NCBI GenBank assembly: GCA_001799565.1
Contig: MGTS01000002.1
Location: 6,645 to 70,644 of the forward strand
Source: Elusimicrobia bacterium GWA2_51_34
GTDB taxonomy: Bacteria; Elusimicrobiota; Elusimicrobia; Elusimicrobiales; UBA9959
Direction: 5' to 3'
DNA length: 64,000 nt
In this document: positions 57,555 through 64,000 of the stretch, one piece after another
Numbering within the stretch: position 1 is the stretch's first letter
Layout of the letters: the number at the start of each line of letters is the position of its first letter
Notes under the pieces: generated by a model
Told to the model about the DNA's origin: nothing
Databases searched by the model: none
Seen by the model: the letters and a program-made list of their open reading frames with translations, nothing else
Made by a program: the position numbers and the translations under genes

Positions 57555-59459
57555 ATGAACAGACTAATACTGCTTTTTATCCTCTTTCAGGCTGGAGGTC
57601 TTCGCGCCGCGGAGATAAAGATCATATATCCCTACGAGGGAATGGCCCTGCCTAATGTCCCCAGAACTTTTGTGTTTGGAAACATAACTCCTTCAACCGC
57701 GCCTTTCCGCATAAACGGTTCAAAAATAGAAGTTTATAAAAACGGCGGTTTTATCGCCTATCTCCCTGTGTCTCCGGGAAATTTTTCCTTCAGAGGGGAA
57801 TTGACGGGCGGCGCCGCCTCCGCGGTTTACGAAAGGAAAGTCAGGGTTAAGCCGGCTGAGTTCCAGCCGGTTTCAAGCGGCACGCTGTTCCTGAACATGG
57901 TTTCACCATCCGGGGAGTTGGAATTGTCACCCGGCGATTTTGTAAATATTCAGGCCGGGGGCACGCCTTTTAAAGAGGCGGTCTTTTCCATCGGTTCCAT
58001 AACCGGCGATACCCAATTGACGGAAATTCCCAGGGGTTCGGGCCGTTATTTCGGCCTTTACGCTGTTAAAGAGTCCGACGCCGGTAAAGAAGGCTCCGTG
58101 GAGGTCCGGTTTAAGGCGGGGCTATTCGCCAGAAGCGCTTCCTCCGTTTCAGAAAACGCCGTTAAAATACTGAAAGTTCCGCTTATATTTGAGACCTCTA
58201 CCGACACTGTGGTACTGCGTAACGGCCTTGACACCGGCTATATGATGTTTTTGCCCATGGGCGTGAAGCTGGTTTCGGACGGAAAGACAGGCGCCATGCG
58301 CAGGATCCGGCTTTCGCCCGGCGAAGCCGCCTGGGTGGAAGACAGCAAGGTTGTGCCGGCGCCGCGCGCGGCTTTCCCGCCGCAGACCGAAACCGGCACC
58401 ATCCGGCTTAAAAAAACGGAAACCGGGTCGCAGGCCGCTATCTCGCTGAACGACAAAGTTCCCTATTCGGCTGAAGAACTGGAAAACAGCCTGCGCCTGA
58501 CTCTCTATTACGCCAAACAGCATACCAACTGGGTCGTTTACGATTCCTCCGATTCTTTTGTTAAGAACGTCGTTTTCCGGCAGGCCGACGAAAACAAGGT
58601 TACGGTTGATTTTGAATTTGCCAAAGACAAACCTCTTTGGGGCTATGATATTTATTACGGCACCCGCGCCCTGGTGCTTGAATTTAAGCAGCCCGTTTCC
58701 GCTCCTGGAAAGTGGCCCAAGCCCCTTGAGGGCGTTAAAATAGCCCTTGACCCCGGCCACTCCGCAAAGCAGGCTCCGCCTTACGACGGCGCCATCGGAC
58801 CGATGGGGACTTTTGAATACCAGGCAAATCTCGCCATAGCCTTGAAAACGCAGGAGGTTCTGTCAAATCTGGGCGCCAGGGTATTGCTTACCAGGAAGGG
58901 CGATGAAACCGTGCAGCTTGCCGACAGGCCTAAGATAGCTAAAGATTCTAAAGCCGATATTTTTATCAGCATTCATAATAATGCCATCGCAGACGGAGAA
59001 GACCCCTTCTCGCAGCCAAGGGGGTTTTCGGTTTACTATTATCACCGCCACAGCCGGGCTTTGGGAAAAGCCCTGCACAACGCTTACGTAAAAAATATCC
59101 GGCTCCCCGACGAGGGGCTGCGCTACGGAGATTATCTGGTGGTCAGAATGACTTCCATGCCGGCCGTGCTTATTGAAAATGTCTGCATGATACTGCCGGA
59201 GCAGGAGGAAATGGTTTTTACGCCGGCTTTTCAGGACAAGCTTGCCGCCTCAATAAGTTCGGGGGTCCTTGAATTTTTCGCGGTTCCACCGCCGCCCGCC
59301 TATCTCCGCTCCAGGGAGAGGGACAAAAAGAAACAACCTCCTGTCAGTCTCAGGGGGACAGGCGGCAGGGAGAACCGCGCCGCGGCGCCCCGCGGGGCCG
59401 GCATTTTGGAGGGGTTGCCCGGGAAAGCGGGCACATGGACGGGGAGAGGTAAAAAATGA
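57555..59459 (+). CDS. N-acetylmuramoyl-L-alanine amidase (Amidase_3)
   Basis: Signal peptide; LDPGH, E..ANL, LTR, FISIHNN, PAVLIE. Confidence 0.9.
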   Translation: MNRLILLFILFQAGGLRAAEIKIIYPYEGMALPNVPRTFVFGNITPSTAPFRINGSKIEVYKNGGFIAYLPVSPGNFSFRGELTGGAASAVYERKVRVKPAEFQPVSSGTLFLNMVSPSGELELSPGDFVNIQAGGTPFKEAVFSIGSITGDTQLTEIPRGSGRYFGLYAVKESDAGKEGSVEVRFKAGLFARSASSVSENAVKILKVPLIFETSTDTVVLRNGLDTGYMMFLPMGVKLVSDGKTGAMRRIRLSPGEAAWVEDSKVVPAPRAAFPPQTETGTIRLKKTETGSQAAISLNDKVPYSAEELENSLRLTLYYAKQHTNWVVYDSSDSFVKNVVFRQADENKVTVDFEFAKDKPLWGYDIYYGTRALVLEFKQPVSAPGKWPKPLEGVKIALDPGHSAKQAPPYDGAIGPMGTFEYQANLAIALKTQEVLSNLGARVLLTRKGDETVQLADRPKIAKDSKADIFISIHNNAIADGEDPFSQPRGFSVYYYHRHSRALGKALHNAYVKNIRLPDEGLRYGDYLVVRMTSMPAVLIENVCMILPEQEEMVFTPAFQDKLAASISSGVLEFFAVPPPPAYLRSRERDKKKQPPVSLRGTGGRENRAAAPRGAGILEGLPGKAGTWTGRGKK

Positions 59460-60310
59460 GCGAAAACCGCCTTGAACTTTTTTCTAAATACTCGGAAGGC
59501 CTTGCGGCGAACTCCGGGTCCGTAGACGCATTATGGGATTTTTTAACGCGCGCGGGCTCTTCCTTGCTGGGCTGCCACGCGGCCAGTTTTTTTGATGCCG
59601 ACGAGGTAAAAAAAACATTGACCTTTAAAACCAGCATCGGGCCTGTGGGAAGGGATTTGACGGGGGTGGGCTTTGCTTATCAGGGAGCGGCAGGTGATTG
59701 CGCTTCCACCCGGCGCGCCGTGCTTGTAAATGACGCGGAAAACGACTCCCGCTTTACCAAAAAGGTTGACTACGGCACGGGTTTTAAAACCAAATGCGTA
59801 CTGGCGATCCCGGCGCTCGCGGGCGGAAAGCTCCTGGGGGTGATGGAATTTATTAATTCCGTCGCGGGCGTTTTTTCGCAGGACGATCTTCTGCTCGCCC
59901 AGGCCATAACTTCTTTAACCGCCAGCGAGGTTTACATTAAAAAGCTTGAGATCACCGTCAAGCAGCTTAACCTGAAAGGGGAGAGCACAATTAACAACCT
60001 ATCTGGCGGTTTTATCGGTTCCGACCTCCAGGGGCAGGTGATATTCTTCAATCCCAAGGCCAAAGAAATATTTGAAACCGGAGAAGATTATCTCGGCCGC
60101 AATGTGATCAGCCTTTTCCGGCTTTGCCCCGACCTTATAAACGCCATAGGCGCGGTTTTAAAGCAGAACAAAACTGTGCATCGCCAGGAGTTTAAATGCT
60201 CCGTGAACGGCAAAGAAAAAACTATCGGCTACAGCTCCATTAACATGAAAGGCGTGGATGGGGCCGTTATAGGCGCCGGCGTCATTTTCCAGGACATCAG
60301 CAACTTTTAA
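59456..60310 (+). CDS. GAF-PAS protein with no output domain
   Basis: VND...D.RF..KVD..TGF.TK...LGVME.IN GAF, then PAS ending IFQDI. Confidence 0.82.
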   Translation: MSENRLELFSKYSEGLAANSGSVDALWDFLTRAGSSLLGCHAASFFDADEVKKTLTFKTSIGPVGRDLTGVGFAYQGAAGDCASTRRAVLVNDAENDSRFTKKVDYGTGFKTKCVLAIPALAGGKLLGVMEFINSVAGVFSQDDLLLAQAITSLTASEVYIKKLEITVKQLNLKGESTINNLSGGFIGSDLQGQVIFFNPKAKEIFETGEDYLGRNVISLFRLCPDLINAIGAVLKQNKTVHRQEFKCSVNGKEKTIGYSSINMKGVDGAVIGAGVIFQDISNF

Positions 60311-60541
60311 GAGTCTCTTCCATACTTGTCAGATATTCAGTGTCTGCTCGCAAATCTTCCTTCAGTCTTTATCTTTAAGCCTTCCGAAAATTGTTGTGGA
60401 TATATTTATCTGTAAGTCTGTCAATCAAGACCGACTTCAACTGCAATTTTCGGGTAAACCCTGTAGCGCCGGCCTTATTAAAACGCTAAGAAAGCCAAGA
60501 ATGCACGTTTCTATTATACTTTGTGTGTAAAAACGGTGGAC

Positions 60542-60571
60542 TTGACAAATAGGAATATTTCTCTATATACT
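60542..60571 (+). promoter_or_regulatory. Putative sigma70 promoter
   Basis: TTGACA-18 nt-TATACT. Confidence 0.55.
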
Positions 60572-60742
60572 GTTTACTGTTTCGGGGAGTTCTGGAAAAT
60601 TTTAAGGCAACCAGTGAATCACTTTTCCGCAGGCACGTAATTGCGGGCAGGCTGAGGTTTGTTTTTACGCGACCATAACGGCGTCCGACCGGATCACAAC
60701 AGGTTTTTTGCCGGGTTATTGGGAATGTGTTAAGGAGAAATT

Positions 60743-61567
60743 ATGAAAGCCTTTAATTGTGTGCTTGCGGGTGTTTTTACGTTTCTTGTCGGAACTAATC
60801 TTTGGGCGATTCCCGCCGGGTTTAATGTCCAGGGCCGCCTTACCGATGCTAACGGCATCAATAAGGACGGCACTTTCCAGATAAAATTTTCAGTTTTTGC
60901 AAATGATATCGGCGGCTCTCCCGTGTGGGAAAAAAATATGCCGACGGTAATTGTCAAAAACGGGAACTTCCAGATTATATTGCAGGGGCAGGGTGACAAT
61001 TCAGCTCAACTTGAAAGTGCCGTAAAAGACCTTGAGGTTGCTTATGTAGAAATAAAAGTCGGGACGGAACCGCCGCTCGTCCCCAGGCAACCTTTGCTGC
61101 GCTCCCCATTTTCCCCGCCCGATAATTTTGTGGGTGCGGTGATGTGGTTTTATCGCACTTCCTGCCCCAATGGGTTTATTAAGGCCGACGGGACTCTTAT
61201 AACCCAAGCAGCGTATCCTAATTTAGCTTCCGCTATGGGTAAAACCGGAAACTTTAATCTACCCGATTTGAGGGGTGAGTTCATAAGAGGTGTGGATGAT
61301 GGGCGGGGCGTTGATCCAGGGCGCATGTTGGGTTCTGCGCAGACGGATGCATTTCAGGGGCATAAGCATAGCATGCCCGGTTTATACACGCAAGCGTGGC
61401 CGGGACAAGGAGGATTTGTCGGCCCCGGAATGTTTGAGGGGCAGATACCGAACAGGACATACACCACCAACGCGTTGCCGGTAGACGATGGTCAGAGTGG
61501 AACGCCTCGTGTTGCCGCTGAAACCCGCCCGCGGAACGTGGCATTGCTGCCATGCGTGAAGTATTGA
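60743..61567 (+). CDS. Secreted protein with a phage tail-collar (fibre) domain
   Basis: Signal peptide, QGRLTD N-domain, CPNGFIKADG...YPNL...FNLPDLRGEFIRG.D.GRGVD...ETRPRNVAL. Confidence 0.85.
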   Translation: MKAFNCVLAGVFTFLVGTNLWAIPAGFNVQGRLTDANGINKDGTFQIKFSVFANDIGGSPVWEKNMPTVIVKNGNFQIILQGQGDNSAQLESAVKDLEVAYVEIKVGTEPPLVPRQPLLRSPFSPPDNFVGAVMWFYRTSCPNGFIKADGTLITQAAYPNLASAMGKTGNFNLPDLRGEFIRGVDDGRGVDPGRMLGSAQTDAFQGHKHSMPGLYTQAWPGQGGFVGPGMFEGQIPNRTYTTNALPVDDGQSGTPRVAAETRPRNVALLPCVKY

Positions 61568-61613
61568 TGAAATCTAAAAGTTTGCACTTATACCAATTAA
61601 ACGGAGGAAAAAT

Positions 61614-62081
61614 ATGAATGCACGATGGATTTCGATTCTGGGACTGTTGGGGGGTATTATTGGTCTTAACGCCTCCGGCCAGGAAACCTCTGCGCCTTTT
61701 CATCCAATAGCGCTTTGGGAGAGCAATGCTTCCAAAGGCGTGCTGCTTGTCGCTCCGGGAGAAATGTTGATTATTGATTCAAAGGGCGACAAATACGGCA
61801 AAGTGCACGCGAAGGAGCCTGTATATGGCGCTACTATATCGCCTGACGGCAAAAAACTGGTATATATCACCGCAACCGGGCTCTGGCTGGCCAAACTTGA
61901 AAGCGGCGCTAATTATCTGGTCTCAAGCGGGGTCTGCGGTTTTTTTCATTGGAATGTCGACGGATTAAGTTTTTTATTCTCAGTTGATGAACGCGGGAAG
62001 GATGCACCTTCTTCTGTTTCAAGTATTAAATTCTTCTGGGCCGACGGGGACGGGAAGAATTTAAAACAAGTGTATCCGTGA
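61614..62081 (+). CDS. Secreted hypothetical protein with TolB/PD40-like blades
   Basis: Signal peptide; ISPDGKKLVY motif; GGAGG RBS. Confidence 0.6.
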   Translation: MNARWISILGLLGGIIGLNASGQETSAPFHPIALWESNASKGVLLVAPGEMLIIDSKGDKYGKVHAKEPVYGATISPDGKKLVYITATGLWLAKLESGANYLVSSGVCGFFHWNVDGLSFLFSVDERGKDAPSSVSSIKFFWADGDGKNLKQVYP

Positions 62082-62367
62082 TTCGGAATAAGTGGGGTGG
62101 GTCTGACGAAACAGTTGCAGATGAGCTCCGGCGGCATTACGCCCTTTTTTATAAAGGGGGAATGTCAGCAGGGGCCAGGTGATAATCTGTAGTCGGTCAT
62201 TTCTATGAGCAGCGTCCCTTATTGCCTTCTGCTTAAGGCAACATTGAATTGCCTTCCCGTTGGCGCGTAAGTGCGGCTAGGCCTTGGTTTTTTACGCCTA
62301 AAGGCATCGGGAACGAGGCGGGTTTAAGCAAAGTCTTGGAACAAAAATGACCAGAGCTTTGGGAAAC

Positions 62368-64000
62368 ATGAAAAACAAAAGGGCCATTCTATCGGGGATA
62401 TTTATTGTGCTGGCCACCTTGTTCGGTGGAGAAACGAATATTTCCGCCCGTATGCAGGCTACTGTTAGCGGAGTGCTCGCCGCACAAATTATCTTTCTGG
62501 ATCCGACGCGGGAAGTTAATGCGTATCGTAATGGCGCTCTCTGGGTGACATTCTGGGACAATGGCAACGGTATTACATCGGGACATGTTGAAGGGGGAAT
62601 GGATGGCTCCACTTGGGTTCCGGAGCGCTACTGGGAAATCTTTCCTGTGATAGCCCCCGGGGTATATAATTTTCATGTCACATATTCAGTGCCCTGTTCA
62701 AACCCCAACACAACCCCCGGCGGGCACTCATGCGCTCCGATTACCTGGTCGGCGCATATTGGGATTGGATACTCAGAGGTTACAACCATGTATCTTTATA
62801 ACCAGCCAACTCTGAATCTAACGCTAAACTATGGGGAAACGATGTACGGTACGATTATCGTAGACGATGCCGGGCAAACCAGGAAACTGGAGAAAGCACC
62901 TGAAACGGATAACCAGGAAAACCTGGTTGGCTCGCTGCTGCCGAAACCGCTCAAAGTGCAGGTTACGGGAACCGGGGCTATAGCAAAAGAGGGAATCCCG
63001 GTTTCTTTTTCCGTGATTCCGGCCACGGCGAATTACTCCTTCTCTGAAACAGGATCCGTGAAAACCATCACGGTGAATACTATTGCCGACGGCACCGCCT
63101 CGGTCCCGTTCAGGCTGGGCACAGTGTCCGAGACATATTCTATAAAGGCCGTATGCGATAGTTGTGCTGCAGGAAAAGAGGTGACTTTTTCGGCTAAGGC
63201 TTTAACAAACGAGCAGGTGACAGAATTATCTATTGTTCAATGCGATAAGTATGCGACTGTTGACACTAAGGTGCGCAACGCGTTTATTGTGAGGGTGTTC
63301 AATACATTGACGCGTAAGGGTGAAGAAAATTGGATGGTAAATTTTTCCACAGAGACATTTCCCATAGGGGCCGTTGGGCAAAAAGCTTCTCCGGCTACTG
63401 GGGCTACAAATGAGCTTGGAATAGCTTTTGGATCGCTTTGGACGGGGGGTAAAACAGGTGGATATGTTTTTGCGGCCGATTGTCCGTCCTGTCAAAAGAA
63501 TCGTCGGGTAAGTTGCTCCATCCAAGCCGGAGCGCTGCCTGATGTGATGGCTGTGCCGCCTGATGAGGGGCCCGAGGCAGGGGACCCGTCCGAAACGCCT
63601 ATGCTGCGCATCAGCAACATAGACTATCCCAACGATGACGTCTCGTTCACCACTAATTTCGGTGAAAGCAAGATAAAACTGGCCGCGGACCTGAAACCCG
63701 ATACCCCGGAGTACAACACACTCTCCGGTGACATAGCTTGGTCTGTGGAAGATTCGCCTGCTGACGCCATGGACAGTGGGGACCTCGTCGATCCCGCAAA
63801 AGGTCCAGCTACGGAATTCTATGTGAATCACCCGTACGTGCCCACGGCAGAAAAGGGCCGTCTCCTACCGTTAAAATATAAGCTCCAGGCAAGCGTAATG
63901 ACGCCAAAGGGCCTTGTAAAATCATACCCGAGACATATCAAACAAGATGCCATAGACAAGTGCCGACAGGAGTATATTGATTATGTTACACCTACTGGCA
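62368..64000 (+). CDS. Large secreted Ig-like (Big_1/invasin-type) repeat protein, 3' truncated by window; missing from the ORF track
   Basis: Frame +1 has no stop from 62347 to the end; signal peptide MKNKRAILSGIFIVLATLF; NQ...VG..LP.PL.V.V...G.PV.F...T..DG.AS..F.LG; CDSC and CPSC. Confidence 0.8.
   Translation, partial: MKNKRAILSGIFIVLATLFGGETNISARMQATVSGVLAAQIIFLDPTREVNAYRNGALWVTFWDNGNGITSGHVEGGMDGSTWVPERYWEIFPVIAPGVYNFHVTYSVPCSNPNTTPGGHSCAPITWSAHIGIGYSEVTTMYLYNQPTLNLTLNYGETMYGTIIVDDAGQTRKLEKAPETDNQENLVGSLLPKPLKVQVTGTGAIAKEGIPVSFSVIPATANYSFSETGSVKTITVNTIADGTASVPFRLGTVSETYSIKAVCDSCAAGKEVTFSAKALTNEQVTELSIVQCDKYATVDTKVRNAFIVRVFNTLTRKGEENWMVNFSTETFPIGAVGQKASPATGATNELGIAFGSLWTGGKTGGYVFAADCPSCQKNRRVSCSIQAGALPDVMAVPPDEGPEAGDPSETPMLRISNIDYPNDDVSFTTNFGESKIKLAADLKPDTPEYNTLSGDIAWSVEDSPADAMDSGDLVDPAKGPATEFYVNHPYVPTAEKGRLLPLKYKLQASVMTPKGLVKSYPRHIKQDAIDKCRQEYIDYVTPTG

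Noticed and set aside
60743-61567. Prophage
   Set aside because: Only a tail-collar domain with a signal peptide; no capsid, terminase or baseplate genes

Overview
Bacterial diderm chromosomal window; the gene repertoire (PorV/PorQ-like barrels, FlgD/T9SS-like CTD cargo, AsmA proteins, secreted tail-collar protein) suggests an Elusimicrobiota-like organism, which is inference only. Positions 1-34.7 kb are an all-plus-strand region. It holds a B12 radical SAM gene, six histidine kinases, many receiver proteins, an orphan GspE/PilB ATPase, two tandem TonB-dependent receptor + periplasmic binding protein pairs followed by a HAMP kinase, a Kelch/FN3 CTD cargo + PorV-TPR + TPR/HEAT trio and a REC-GGDEF cyclase. 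It ends in a tyrosine-integrase remnant, an AAA_14/DUF4143 ATPase and tRNA-Phe. Positions 35-57.5 kb are mostly minus-strand housekeeping genes (rlmI-like, pyrE, lipoate ligase, gcvT/H/PA/PB, xth, lpdA, two AsmA proteins) plus a small FkbM islet. The window closes with an amidase, a GAF-PAS protein and a secreted fibre/Ig-like locus running off the end. Several non-coding repeat families are visible: a 34-nt hairpin with compensatory changes in 3 copies, CCCACCACC palindromes inserted in frame into genes, and inverted 7-10-mer tandem arrays at many gene junctions.
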